A stretch of DNA of 64,000 nucleotides from Bacilli bacterium (GTDB lineage: Bacteria > Bacillota_I > Bacilli_A > RF39 > UBA660): the NCBI GenBank assembly GCA_017472015.1, contig JAFURC010000026.1, positions 5,427 through 69,426 on the forward strand. Reading direction: 5' to 3'. The position numbers and the translations under genes were made by a program. Below are positions 1 to 10,403 of the stretch, in pieces. Each line of letters opens with the position of its first letter. Position 1 is the stretch's first letter. Under the pieces are notes generated by a model, which had not been told where the DNA came from, ran no database searches, and saw nothing but the letters and a program-made list of their open reading frames with translations.

Positions 1-638
1 CAGTTTTATTACCTAATTTTGTTACAGTTAATTTACGCGATAAAATGATTTTAGATCTTTGTACTGGAAATGCTCCGATTCCTTTAATTTTATCAACTAA
101 AACAAAAGCTAAAATTTATGGAGTTGAACTTCAAAAAGAAATTTATGAATTAGGTCTTAAAAGTGTTCAATTAAATCAAAGAGAAAATCAAATTAAACTT
201 TTAAATGAAGATGTTAAAAATTTAAAAAATGTTTTTAAAGGAGATACATTTGATATAATTACGGTTAATCCTCCGTATTTTAAAGTAAATGAAAGTTCTT
301 ATTTAAATCAAAATAATATTAAAGCCAATGCAAGACATGAAAATACTTTAAATTTAGAAGATTTAATAAGAATTGTAAAATATTTATTAAAAAATAATGC
401 TTCATTTTATATGGTTCATAGAACAGAAAGATTAATTGAAATAATTGATATTTTAAAAGAAAATAATTTAATTCCTAAAAAAGTTCAATTCATTTATCCA
501 TATCAAGGAAAAGAATCTAAACTTTTCATGATCAAGGCAGTTAAAAATGGAAATCCAGGTTTAAAAGTATTAGATTCCTTATATATTCATAATGAAGATG
601 GAACATATAAAGACGATATAAAAGAGATATTTAAATAA
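1..638 (+). CDS. tRNA1(Val) A37 N6-methyltransferase (YabB/TrmN6 family), 5' truncated by window
   Basis: ILDLCTGNA SAM motif I, NPPYF motif IV, ARHE; frame open back to window start. Confidence 0.9.
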   Translation, partial: VLLPNFVTVNLRDKMILDLCTGNAPIPLILSTKTKAKIYGVELQKEIYELGLKSVQLNQRENQIKLLNEDVKNLKNVFKGDTFDIITVNPPYFKVNESSYLNQNNIKANARHENTLNLEDLIRIVKYLLKNNASFYMVHRTERLIEIIDILKENNLIPKKVQFIYPYQGKESKLFMIKAVKNGNPGLKVLDSLYIHNEDGTYKDDIKEIFK

Positions 639-643
639 AAAAA

Positions 644-659
644 TATTTCCCAGGAAATA
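644..659. promoter_or_regulatory. Noc-binding-site-like palindrome TATTTCCCAGGAAATA
   Basis: 1 mismatch to B. subtilis NBS TATTTCCCGGGAAATA; identical copy at 26767-26782. Confidence 0.65.
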
Positions 660-675
660 TTTAAGGAGTAAAAAG

Positions 676-1545
676 ATGCAAAAAGAAATTTATGATATAA
701 ATCAAGATAAAAAAGAAATAGCTAAATTATTACAAAAATATATTACTTGCATTTTCCAAGAATATAAGGAAATAATTCCAATTGATGTACGAAAGATGTT
801 GGAAAACATATCTAATTTTGAAGATATAATCCATATTGAAAATACAGGAACAATTTCCCTTTTTGTATATAATAATCAAGTCTTTTTACCAAATGACGCT
901 TATAAAGTTTTAAAATCAATGGCTAAAATACCAGGATTTGGTTTAAATAAAAATCATCAAACTCATAATAGTTCAAATATGATAATCAATGATAATACGT
1001 ATTTAACTTTTGTAAAACATGTATTTTTAAAGGGATTGTCACCAGTTGAATATTTCAAAGAGATTTTATTACATGAAACCATGCATTTATGTGGTTCAAG
1101 TGGTGCTTATGCATTGTATGAAGGATTCAATGAATTAAAAACTCGCGAGATTGCTTTGAAATATCATTTTGAAACGTCTTGTTGTGGATATCCAAAAGAA
1201 ACTAAAATTGCTTATGAACTTCAACAACTATTTGGAAAAGAAATTTGTGATAAATTAACTTTTGCTAGTAATATACCAGATAGATTAAAACTTTTAGAAA
1301 TAGAAATCGGCTATGACGCGGTTTTATTATATAGTCAAGTTTTAAAAGAAATGCAATTACAATTTGAACCATATATGAGCAAGAAATATCCAGGTATGTT
1401 AGGTATAAAAAATAAATGTTCTGAATATGCAAAAATAAATTATTCGAAAGTATATGAATTGATAAAACAATATCAGATTAAGTATTCTACAAGAAGCTTA
1501 GAAGATGAAGCAAAACTTTCAAATGAATCTCAATCAAAAAAATGA
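676..1545 (+). CDS. hypothetical protein, putative zincin metallopeptidase
   Basis: LLHETMH (HExxH) followed by LYEGFNE; RBS AAGGAG; no signal peptide. Confidence 0.6.
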   Translation: MQKEIYDINQDKKEIAKLLQKYITCIFQEYKEIIPIDVRKMLENISNFEDIIHIENTGTISLFVYNNQVFLPNDAYKVLKSMAKIPGFGLNKNHQTHNSSNMIINDNTYLTFVKHVFLKGLSPVEYFKEILLHETMHLCGSSGAYALYEGFNELKTREIALKYHFETSCCGYPKETKIAYELQQLFGKEICDKLTFASNIPDRLKLLEIEIGYDAVLLYSQVLKEMQLQFEPYMSKKYPGMLGIKNKCSEYAKINYSKVYELIKQYQIKYSTRSLEDEAKLSNESQSKK

Positions 1546-1605
1546 AATTATTTTTTATTTTAAAATATTATCTATAAATATGTATCCAAAGAAAATTTTT
1601 AAAAC

Positions 1606-1634
1606 TTGTCAAAAAATAACATCTATGATATTAT
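1606..1634 (+). promoter_or_regulatory. sigma-A promoter upstream of pth
   Basis: TTGTCA-17 bp-TATTAT with extended -10 TG. Confidence 0.55.
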
Positions 1635-1738
1635 TTAGGCAAGTAGAAAAATCTGTATTTATACTCTTTTGAAATTAATAAACAAGGAGTACTTTTTCTG
1701 TTTATAAAATTTTTAATAGTTATTAGGAGGTTGATGAA

Positions 1739-2311
1739 ATGAAATTAATCGTAGGTTTAGGAAATCCAGGTCGTGAATATGATAATACAAGACATAATGT
1801 TGGTTTTCATTATTTAGATATATTAGCTGAATATTTAAAAGAAGATAATTTTAAAGAAAAATTTAATGGTATGTATCTAAAAGCCAAATACAATGGAGAA
1901 GATTTAATTCTTTTAAAACCACTTTCATATATGAATTTATCAGGCGAAGTCGTTTATAAATTTGCTAATTATTTTAAAATAAAATCAGAAGATATTTTAG
2001 TAATTCATGATGATTTAGATATGCCCGTCGGAAAATTAAAACTAAAAGAAAATGGTTCAAGTGGTGGTCATAATGGAATAAAAAATATTATTCAAAATCT
2101 TAATACTGAAAATTTTAAAAGATTAAAAGTTGGAATATCTAAAAGCACTAATATTGAAATTAAAGATTATGTATTAGGTAAATTTAGTCAAGAAGATAAA
2201 GAAAAAATTAATAATTTAAATAAAATTGTTATCGAGTTATTACTAGACTATTTCAAATTACCTTTTAATGATATGATGTCAAAGTATAATAGGAGAGATT
2301 TGTATGAATAA
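1739..2311 (+). CDS. pth: peptidyl-tRNA hydrolase
   Basis: MKLIVGLGNPG, TRHNVG, YMNLSG, HDDLD, GGHNG. Confidence 0.98.
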   Translation: MKLIVGLGNPGREYDNTRHNVGFHYLDILAEYLKEDNFKEKFNGMYLKAKYNGEDLILLKPLSYMNLSGEVVYKFANYFKIKSEDILVIHDDLDMPVGKLKLKENGSSGGHNGIKNIIQNLNTENFKRLKVGISKSTNIEIKDYVLGKFSQEDKEKINNLNKIVIELLLDYFKLPFNDMMSKYNRRDLYE

Positions 2312-5300
2312 TCTTTTTAATATGTTTAATATAAAATACCAAGATAATCTTGGCTTATCAGGTCTTACTGATGAGTCTTTTTGTCTATTAGTAGAAGAAT
2401 TGTTTCGAAAAGAAAAACAAAGTATTTTAATAGTTTGCAGTAGTTTAACTGAAGCAAATAATTTATTAAATATTTTAACGGCATTCAACAATGATACTTT
2501 ATTTTTTCCAATGGATGATTTTTTAACAAGTGAAGCAATTAGTATTAGTCCCGATTTAATGGTAACTCGTCTGGAAACTTTAAATGAATTAATTAAAGAT
2601 ACTAAAAAAATAGTTATAACCCATATGCTTGGTTATTTAAGATATTTACCAAGCAAGAAAACCTATCAAGACAATATTCTAACTTTAAAAGTTGGAGATG
2701 AGTTTGATATTAAAGAATTAATTGAAAAACTATTAGATTTAGGTTATAAAAGAGAAACTTTAGTTACCAAAACAGGAGAAGTTGGAATAAGAGGATTTAT
2801 AATTGATTTATTTCCAGTTTCCTCATCTCATCCTATTAGAATTGAATTTTTTGGTGATGAAATTGAATCAATTAGATTATTTGATGAGGATACTCAAAAG
2901 AAAATTGAAGAAATTAAAGAGTTTACAATTTACCCATATACAGAATTTTTACTTGATAACTACTCAAATTTAAAAGAAGATGAAAGACGGCAAAAGTATT
3001 TACCAAACTATTCAAGTGATATAAAAAACATAGTTGATTATCTAAATAATCCAATTACAATTGTCAAGGATTATACACTTATAATAAATACATACGAAAA
3101 AATGTTAGATGAAATCAATTCTTATAAGGAAAATGACAAAAATTATCAAGGAAATTACATGTTTCCTCTAACTATTTTAGATAAATTTAAAGTTATGCAT
3201 TATCTTAGTATTGATAATTTAATTCCAAATCATGAATTTAAAGAATATCTAAATTTTAATATCAAGGCAGTTAATAAATTTCACGAAAATATAGATATTA
3301 TCAATAACTACTTAAAAGAAGCAGCCAGTTTAGGAAAACAAATAATAATTTGTTTAAAAGATTACCAAGTTAAAAATTTTACTAAATACTTAGATTTAAA
3401 TTATTTATTAACTACTCCAGATAAATTAACAGAAAATTTAGTTAATATCATAAATTTTGATTTACCAAAAGGGTTTACTTATCAAAATAAAGTAATTCTA
3501 ACTGATAAAGATTTATTTAACATAAGCCCAACTAAGAAAAAATATAAAACTAAATTTAAATATGCAACCAAAATAAGTAATATTAATAAATTAGAAGTTG
3601 GAGATTACATTGTTCATAGTATAAATGGAATTGGTATTTACAATGGTATAAAAACTTTAAATGTTCAAAATTTAAAGAAAGATTTTTTAGAAATTTTATA
3701 TAAAGATGATGATAAACTTTATATTCCTGTTGAAAAAATTGAACTAATAAGTAAATACTCTGGAAAAGAAGGAGTAATACCTAAAATAAATGGGTTAGGT
3801 AGTTTAGAATGGAAGAAAAATAAACAAAGAATTATTAGTAAAGTTAAAGATATTGCTGATAAATTAATTCGTTTATATGCAGAACGTGAAATGCAAAAAG
3901 GGTTTGCTTTTTCAGAAGATACAAAATATCATGAAGAATTTTATCAAGAATTCATGTATACCCCAACAACAGATCAATTGGAATCATTTGAATTAATCAA
4001 GAAAGAAATGGAACGAGATCATCCTATGGATATGCTTTTATGCGGAGATGTAGGATTTGGGAAAACGGAAGTTGCATTCAGAGCAATGTTTAAAGCAGTA
4101 TATGACAATAAGCAAGTATTATACCTGTGTCCAACAACAATTTTATCAAATCAACAATATCAAAATGCTTTAAATCGTTTTAAAAATTTTCCTGTTAATA
4201 TTGAACTTTTAAATCGTTTTACAACCCCAAAGAAAACGAAAGAAATTTTAGAAAAATTAGAAAAAGGAACGGTTGATATTGTAATTGGAACACATAGATT
4301 ACTAGGAAAAGATATAAAACCACAAGATTTAGGACTTTTGGTAATTGACGAAGAGCAACGTTTTGGAGTAACTCATAAGGAAAAACTAAAACAATATAAA
4401 AGTAATGTTGATGTCTTAACTCTAACAGCAACTCCAATTCCGAGAACTTTACAAATGTCTATAATTGGAATTCGTTCTCTATCAGTTATAAAAACACCAC
4501 CAGTTAATCGTTTCCCAGTGCAAACCTATGTTGTTTATGAAAGTGATCAATTAATAAAAGATGCTATTGTTAAAGAAATGCTTCGAGATGGACAAGTATT
4601 TATTCTTTATAATCGTGTTGAAACGATTGAAGAAAAAATGATTGAAATCCAAAAATTAGTTCCAAATGCAAGAATAATGTTAGCTCACGGGAGACTTACA
4701 AAAGTAGAACTTGAGGATCGAATGCTTAAATTTATAAATCATGAATATGATATTTTACTTTGTACAACTATAATTGAAACAGGAATTGATATTCCAAATG
4801 TTAATACATTGATTGTCCTTGATGCTAATCGATTTGGTTTATCGCAACTATATCAAATAAGAGGAAGAGTTGGGCGAAGTAATAAAGTTGCCTATGCTTA
4901 TTTAATGTATCCGGAACATAAAGTATTAACTGAAGAATCTGTAAAACGTTTAAACGTTTTAAAAGAATTTACAGAACTTGGAAGTGGATTCAATATTGCT
5001 AATCGAGATTTATCAATAAGAGGAGCAGGGGATATTTTAGGTAGTGAACAATCTGGTTTCATTGATACAGTTGGAATTGATTTATATTTAAAAATATTAA
5101 ATGATGAAGTAAAACGTCTAAAAGGTGAAAAAATTATCGAAGAAGAAATTAAAGATGAAAAACCACTTATAAGCGTCTCAACCTATATTGGAGATCAATA
5201 TACATCAGATAGTGAGTTAAAAATTGAAATTCACAAAATGATTAACACAATCGACTCTTATCCAAAATTATTGAGTATTAAAGAAGAATTTGAAGATCGT

Positions 5301-5606
5301 TTTGGTCAAGTAAACGAAGAAATTTTAATTTATATGCATGAAGAATGGTTTGAAAAGTTAGCAAAATTGAAAGGAATTGAAGAAGTTAAACAAAGTAAAA
5401 ATGAAATAGAATTAATCTATACAATGGATGAAACCAAAAAGATTAATTCTGAAGAATTATTCATGAAATCCTATAAAATATGTCGTAATTTTAAATTTAG
5501 TTATCATAATTTACGACTTCATGTTACTTTATCTTTAAATAACTTAGAACGCCATCCAATTTACTATTTAATTGAATTAATTAATGATGAAAATACTGCT
5601 AATTAG
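2304..5606 (+). CDS. mfd: transcription-repair coupling factor
   Basis: UvrB-like N-terminus, RID, CGDVGFGKT, DEEQRFGV, QIRGRVGR, TRG DLSIRGAG. Confidence 0.98.
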   Translation: MNNLFNMFNIKYQDNLGLSGLTDESFCLLVEELFRKEKQSILIVCSSLTEANNLLNILTAFNNDTLFFPMDDFLTSEAISISPDLMVTRLETLNELIKDTKKIVITHMLGYLRYLPSKKTYQDNILTLKVGDEFDIKELIEKLLDLGYKRETLVTKTGEVGIRGFIIDLFPVSSSHPIRIEFFGDEIESIRLFDEDTQKKIEEIKEFTIYPYTEFLLDNYSNLKEDERRQKYLPNYSSDIKNIVDYLNNPITIVKDYTLIINTYEKMLDEINSYKENDKNYQGNYMFPLTILDKFKVMHYLSIDNLIPNHEFKEYLNFNIKAVNKFHENIDIINNYLKEAASLGKQIIICLKDYQVKNFTKYLDLNYLLTTPDKLTENLVNIINFDLPKGFTYQNKVILTDKDLFNISPTKKKYKTKFKYATKISNINKLEVGDYIVHSINGIGIYNGIKTLNVQNLKKDFLEILYKDDDKLYIPVEKIELISKYSGKEGVIPKINGLGSLEWKKNKQRIISKVKDIADKLIRLYAEREMQKGFAFSEDTKYHEEFYQEFMYTPTTDQLESFELIKKEMERDHPMDMLLCGDVGFGKTEVAFRAMFKAVYDNKQVLYLCPTTILSNQQYQNALNRFKNFPVNIELLNRFTTPKKTKEILEKLEKGTVDIVIGTHRLLGKDIKPQDLGLLVIDEEQRFGVTHKEKLKQYKSNVDVLTLTATPIPRTLQMSIIGIRSLSVIKTPPVNRFPVQTYVVYESDQLIKDAIVKEMLRDGQVFILYNRVETIEEKMIEIQKLVPNARIMLAHGRLTKVELEDRMLKFINHEYDILLCTTIIETGIDIPNVNTLIVLDANRFGLSQLYQIRGRVGRSNKVAYAYLMYPEHKVLTEESVKRLNVLKEFTELGSGFNIANRDLSIRGAGDILGSEQSGFIDTVGIDLYLKILNDEVKRLKGEKIIEEEIKDEKPLISVSTYIGDQYTSDSELKIEIHKMINTIDSYPKLLSIKEEFEDRFGQVNEEILIYMHEEWFEKLAKLKGIEEVKQSKNEIELIYTMDETKKINSEELFMKSYKICRNFKFSYHNLRLHVTLSLNNLERHPIYYLIELINDENTAN

Positions 5607-5620
5607 GTAGTATTTTTTTT
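5590..5620 (+). terminator. intrinsic terminator after mfd
   Basis: AAAATACTGC...GTAGTATTTT stem plus T-run. Confidence 0.65.
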
Positions 5621-5658
5621 AAAATTAAAGTATAATATCTCCTTAAAGGTGGGATAAT

Positions 5659-7224
5659 ATGCAAATTACTATAGAAAATTTTCTCAATAATATAAAAGAT
5701 TCAGATAAAAAGAAAAGATTTTTAAAAATATGTTTCAATACAGATGTTAAAGCCAAACAAAAAAATCGTTTTCCATACTCTTTTTTAATTTTAGAACATA
5801 ATTTTTCCCAAAGAGAAGTTTTATTTGCATCAAAAATATATTTAGATGATTATGCTTCTATAGAAGAAAAAAATAAATATTACCAAGTTCTTGATATTTA
5901 CCTTAATTCTTTATCAGAACATTCTAATAAACTATATTTAATTTATAAAAAAACTTTCTATACTTTTTTACAATATAGTTTATCAGATGAAAAATTTTAT
6001 AATTTAACAAAAGAATTTATGTGTGATATAGAAGAACTACTTGAATATCCTAAAAGATACGATGCCTTATATGCAAATTCTAATGAAAGAGAACAGTATA
6101 AGAAAATAAAAGAAACTACTCCTGAAGAAAATATTAAAAACAAATTTTATTACGATATATGTTGCAAAGTTGAATGGAATTATGAAAAAATTTATCTCTT
6201 ATCTTTAAAATTTGGAAAACCAATTCCTTATATTTTAAATATGGCTAATTTAGATGCAACTAACATCTTACATCAAGAACAATTACCAGAAATTTCAAAA
6301 TTAACTAGAGAATATTATTCAAAGATAAAATCATCAAATCCAATTAAAACTATATTTGAAAAACTTGAAAAATTAGAAAATAATCAAGAAATAATAGTTT
6401 ATTTAATAAATAATGAAATAAGACTTACAACATTAAAAGAATATTTAAATGATTATTTAAATTTATATAAAAAAGATTTAAATGTAGTTGATTTAAGAAT
6501 TTTAAGACATGATTTAAGTGAAAAAATTAAATTATATGAAGAATATTTAACAATGCTTGATCAAAAAAATATTAAAACAGAACCCCCAAAAATAGATTTA
6601 AAAAATTCAGAAATTTTAATTATAGAGTTTATAAATGGTAATTACTCAACAAAAGAAGAGTTTTGTAGTTTAAAAGAAATTAAAATAGAAGAATTTGATG
6701 AAATAATATTTAATATAAGCAAATCCAATGAAGAACTTTATATAAAGTATTTAAATTACATTCAAAAGTTGAATAATCAAAGAGAAATAAATAATTTAGA
6801 AACGATTAGCAAGATAATTTATTTAATCAAATATGGCGTTTTAGAAAATGATAAATTAAGATACTTTGATATTTTAGATTACTTTACTATAACCAATTTA
6901 CCATTTAGAAAAATTTTAGAATTATGTAAAAAGAACTTTAAATTAGAAGATTATAATTATTTGTTAGCATTTATTAATAAAAATCGAAGATTAAACTTAA
7001 TAACGGATAAAAATATTGAAAAAATATTAACTGAAAAAAATATAGTTGGAGTGGAATTTGATTCTAATAATATGCCAATTATAGGAACTGGATACGAAAT
7101 TACTATAGAAGAAAAAATGGAAGTATTAAAAGAATTAAAAGATCAAAATCTTCCCTTATTTTATCAATTGTATAAACTTGCTTTAAATCGAAAATTTAAT
7201 ATAATTCATGAAAAAACAAAATAA
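5659..7224 (+). CDS. hypothetical protein (521 aa, all-helical, K/E/Y-rich)
   Basis: long ORF with TATAAT and RBS AAAGGTGG; no recognised family. Confidence 0.75.
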   Translation: MQITIENFLNNIKDSDKKKRFLKICFNTDVKAKQKNRFPYSFLILEHNFSQREVLFASKIYLDDYASIEEKNKYYQVLDIYLNSLSEHSNKLYLIYKKTFYTFLQYSLSDEKFYNLTKEFMCDIEELLEYPKRYDALYANSNEREQYKKIKETTPEENIKNKFYYDICCKVEWNYEKIYLLSLKFGKPIPYILNMANLDATNILHQEQLPEISKLTREYYSKIKSSNPIKTIFEKLEKLENNQEIIVYLINNEIRLTTLKEYLNDYLNLYKKDLNVVDLRILRHDLSEKIKLYEEYLTMLDQKNIKTEPPKIDLKNSEILIIEFINGNYSTKEEFCSLKEIKIEEFDEIIFNISKSNEELYIKYLNYIQKLNNQREINNLETISKIIYLIKYGVLENDKLRYFDILDYFTITNLPFRKILELCKKNFKLEDYNYLLAFINKNRRLNLITDKNIEKILTEKNIVGVEFDSNNMPIIGTGYEITIEEKMEVLKELKDQNLPLFYQLYKLALNRKFNIIHEKTK

Positions 7225-7364
7225 TTTATAAAAATTAATAATTCTATTAAAATAGTTTTTATCAATAAAAAATTCTTTTTCCCTTTAATTTACGAGATCA
7301 ATTTGACAAATTCGTGTAAATCTGCTATTTTAATAGTGTAGTTAATAAATAGAAAGGGTTAAAT

Positions 7365-7955
7365 ATGAACGAATCTATCGATATAAAGAAGCAGTTAGAA
7401 GTAAAGAATAAAGAAATTTACATGAATAAACTAAATCTTGATCTTGATAATAATTTAGAAGTTCTAGTATTAACAATTGATAATTTATTAAATTATATCA
7501 CAAGTGATGTTACTAAAAAAATTATTGAAATTGAAGAAAGTTTTTCCTTAACTGAAGAAATTCAAGATAATGTTAATAAATTTATTAACATTTATCGAGA
7601 TAATTTGATGAATTTACTTGAAATAAAGAAAAATAATTTACAAAATGTTTTAGTAATTCAAGATGATTTAGAAATTTGTCGGGATAATTTAAATGATAAT
7701 TATCTAAATTTAAAAAATAATTTAGAAGATTTTTCAAAAGAAAATATTTCTAGTTTAGTAAATGATTTAAAAAAAGTAATTGAAGATAGTTTTAAAAGAA
7801 AAAGGTTAAAAGATTATTTAAATAATATATTTATTATTAATTTAAATAAAAAGATCTTAGATATAATAAAAAATCGGGATGTTATTTTAATGAATACATT
7901 CAATGAAACCTATTTAAAATATTTAGAATTAAACAAAAATACTGTTGGAGTTTAA
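7365..7955 (+). CDS. hypothetical helical protein
   Basis: ORF with RBS GAAAGGG and upstream TTGACA. Confidence 0.7.
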   Translation: MNESIDIKKQLEVKNKEIYMNKLNLDLDNNLEVLVLTIDNLLNYITSDVTKKIIEIEESFSLTEEIQDNVNKFINIYRDNLMNLLEIKKNNLQNVLVIQDDLEICRDNLNDNYLNLKNNLEDFSKENISSLVNDLKKVIEDSFKRKRLKDYLNNIFIINLNKKILDIIKNRDVILMNTFNETYLKYLELNKNTVGV

Positions 7956-7965
7956 TTCTTTTTTT

Positions 7966-7994
7966 GTATAAATATCCTAAATTTACTAATACTA
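7966..7994 (+). promoter_or_regulatory. putative forespore sigma-G-type promoter for spoVT
   Basis: GTATA-17 bp-AATACTA; spoVT is sigma-G dependent in B. subtilis. Confidence 0.5.
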
Positions 7995-8012
7995 AAAAAG
8001 GGTGAAGAATAA

Positions 8013-8537
8013 ATGAAAACAACTGGTATGGTTAGACGAGTTGATAGTTTAGGTAGAATTGTAATACCAAAAGAAATAAGAAAAGTTTTAAAAATTAAAG
8101 AGAATGAACAAGTAGAAATCAATGTTTCAGATGATAGTATAATTCTTAATCGTTATTCAGAATTAGATGAATATGATATTTCCCTTACCAATTTAATTGA
8201 AGTAATTCAGGAAGTTTATAATAAAGAAATTTTAGTAACTAATTTAAATTCTTTTGTTTTAGCATCAAATGAATTTAAAGATTTAATTGGTTGTGAAATA
8301 AGTCCATATTTAAGTAATATTTTAGATAACCGGAAAGAGATAGTTGAAAATATTTCAGTTAATCTATCTTTAAATGAGACAATTGATGATGTAAAAAAAT
8401 CTTTTATAATAAAACCAATCATTAAAAATGGAGATACAGTAGGTTTATTAATACTAATATCAGATGATAATTTAGAAAATAATGATACTAAATTATTTGA
8501 TCTTGTGAATTCTTTTTTAGATAAATCTCTTGAATAG
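8013..8537 (+). CDS. spoVT: stage V sporulation protein T (AbrB-like N-domain plus GAF-like C-domain)
   Basis: MKTTGMVRRVDSLGRIVIPKEIR; 174 aa; PII..GD..G C-terminal motif; follows mfd. Confidence 0.85.
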   Translation: MKTTGMVRRVDSLGRIVIPKEIRKVLKIKENEQVEINVSDDSIILNRYSELDEYDISLTNLIEVIQEVYNKEILVTNLNSFVLASNEFKDLIGCEISPYLSNILDNRKEIVENISVNLSLNETIDDVKKSFIIKPIIKNGDTVGLLILISDDNLENNDTKLFDLVNSFLDKSLE

Positions 8538-8565
8538 ATTTTTATTTTATGCTAGAATATGCGTG

Positions 8566-8762
8566 TAAAGCGATGAAGAAATGAGTAAATTAAAAAGTAT
8601 TTTAAGAGATACTTCGTTTGGTGAGAGAAGTAATTACTTTTAATTGAAGATGGTTTTGGAGCTGTTAAGTCCGTATTTTTGCGTTAAAAAAATAAGACAT
8701 AGAAATATGTGAAATAAGGTGGTACCACGAGATCTTCGTCCTTTGGATGAAGATTTTTTTGT
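8566..8762 (+). promoter_or_regulatory. T-box riboswitch, Met specifier
   Basis: stem I with AGAGA and GGTGAGA, specifier ATG at 8650-8652, T-box AAGGTGGTACCACG 8716-8729, terminator ATCTTCGTCC/GGATGAAGAT plus T-run. Confidence 0.93.
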
Positions 8763-8867
8763 ATTTTAAGGAGGAATCATGAAACGGATGTGGAGTTTTA
8801 ACATATAGTTAAAAATAATAAATATAATTAATAAATAAAAAAATAAGTAAAAAAGGAGATTATTAAT

Positions 8868-10403
8868 ATGGAAAATAAAAAATATTATATAACAACCCCA
8901 ATATATTATCCATCGGCTAATTTTCATATTGGGCACTGTTATACAACTGTAATTGCTGATAGTATAGCAAGATATAAAAAACAACAAGGATATGATGTTT
9001 ATTTCTTAACAGGAAGTGATGAACATGGTTTAAAAATCCAAAAAAAAGCCGAAGAAAGTGGAGTAACACCACAAGAATATGTAGATAATATAATAGCGGA
9101 TGCAAAAGATTTATGGAAAAGTTTAAATATTGAATATGATAAATTTATAAGAACAACTGACGATTATCATGTAAAAACAGTTCAACAAATTTTTAAGAAA
9201 TTATATGATCAAGGAGATATTTACAAAGGAGAATATAAAGGACTTTATTGTACTCCATGTGAATCATTTTGGACTGAAACTCAATTAGTAGATGGTAAAT
9301 GTCCTGATTGTGGACGTGATGTTAATGAAGTTAGTGAAGAGGCTTATTTCTTCAAATTATCTAAATATCAAGATAGGTTAGTAGAATATATTGAATCCCA
9401 TCCCAAATTTATTCAACCAGTGTCTCGTAAAAATGAAATGATTAATAATTTCATTAAGCCAGGTCTTGAAGATTTATGTGTATCACGTACAACTTTTACT
9501 TGGGGAATTCCAGTATCTTTTGATGACAAGCATATTGTTTATGTTTGGATAGATGCTTTATCAAATTATATAAGTGCGTTAGGATATTTAAGTGAAGATG
9601 ATTCTTTATTTAAAAAGTTTTGGCCAGCTGATTTGCATATTGTTGGAAAAGAAATCGTTCGTTTTCATACAATTATTTGGCCTTGCTTATTAATGGCTTT
9701 AGATTTACCTTTACCAAATCAAATATTCGGACATGGTTGGTTAATTATTAATGGTGGTAAAATTTCAAAAAGTTTAGGAAATTATAGAGACCCAAGAGAA
9801 TATATTTCAGAATATGGAGTAGATGCTATTAGATATTATTTACTTCGTGAAGTACCATTTGGATCAGATGGAACTTTCAGTGAAGAATTATTAATTACAA
9901 GATATAATACTGATTTAGCCAATACTGTTGGAAACTTAGTTAATCGTACTTTATCGATGTTAACTAAATACTTTGATGGAGTAATCGAAAAATCAGATGT
10001 TAAGACTGAATTTGATGAAGATTTAATTAATTTAGTTACAAAAACTGAAGAAAAAGTAAATAATTATATGGAAAAATTAGAAATTCCTGAAGCATTAGAC
10101 TCAATTTTTGATATTTTTAGAAGATGTAATAAATATATTGATGAAACAACTCCATGGATTCTTGCTAAAGAAGAAAATAAAGATAAATTAAAAACTGTTT
10201 TATATAATTTACTTGAATCAATTAGAATTGGAGCAATTTTCTTGAATTCATATTTACCAGAAACTTCTAAAGAGATTTTAAGACAATTAAATACTAAAGA
10301 AACAACTTATGAATCAATTAAAACATTTGGTTTATTAGAAAGTGGTATTCACATAAATGATTTTAAACCAATTTTCATGAGAGTTGAGAAAAAAGATGAA
10401 TAA
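8868..10403 (+). CDS. metG: methionyl-tRNA synthetase (short form, no C-terminal OB domain)
   Basis: YITTPIYYP, HIGH, KISKS, zinc knuckle CxxC...CPDC. Confidence 0.98.
   Translation: MENKKYYITTPIYYPSANFHIGHCYTTVIADSIARYKKQQGYDVYFLTGSDEHGLKIQKKAEESGVTPQEYVDNIIADAKDLWKSLNIEYDKFIRTTDDYHVKTVQQIFKKLYDQGDIYKGEYKGLYCTPCESFWTETQLVDGKCPDCGRDVNEVSEEAYFFKLSKYQDRLVEYIESHPKFIQPVSRKNEMINNFIKPGLEDLCVSRTTFTWGIPVSFDDKHIVYVWIDALSNYISALGYLSEDDSLFKKFWPADLHIVGKEIVRFHTIIWPCLLMALDLPLPNQIFGHGWLIINGGKISKSLGNYRDPREYISEYGVDAIRYYLLREVPFGSDGTFSEELLITRYNTDLANTVGNLVNRTLSMLTKYFDGVIEKSDVKTEFDEDLINLVTKTEEKVNNYMEKLEIPEALDSIFDIFRRCNKYIDETTPWILAKEENKDKLKTVLYNLLESIRIGAIFLNSYLPETSKEILRQLNTKETTYESIKTFGLLESGIHINDFKPIFMRVEKKDE

Noticed and set aside
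7289-7320. Imperfect palindrome AATTTG-A-CAAATT around a TTGACA box
   Set aside because: Single, short and AT-rich; cannot be separated from chance
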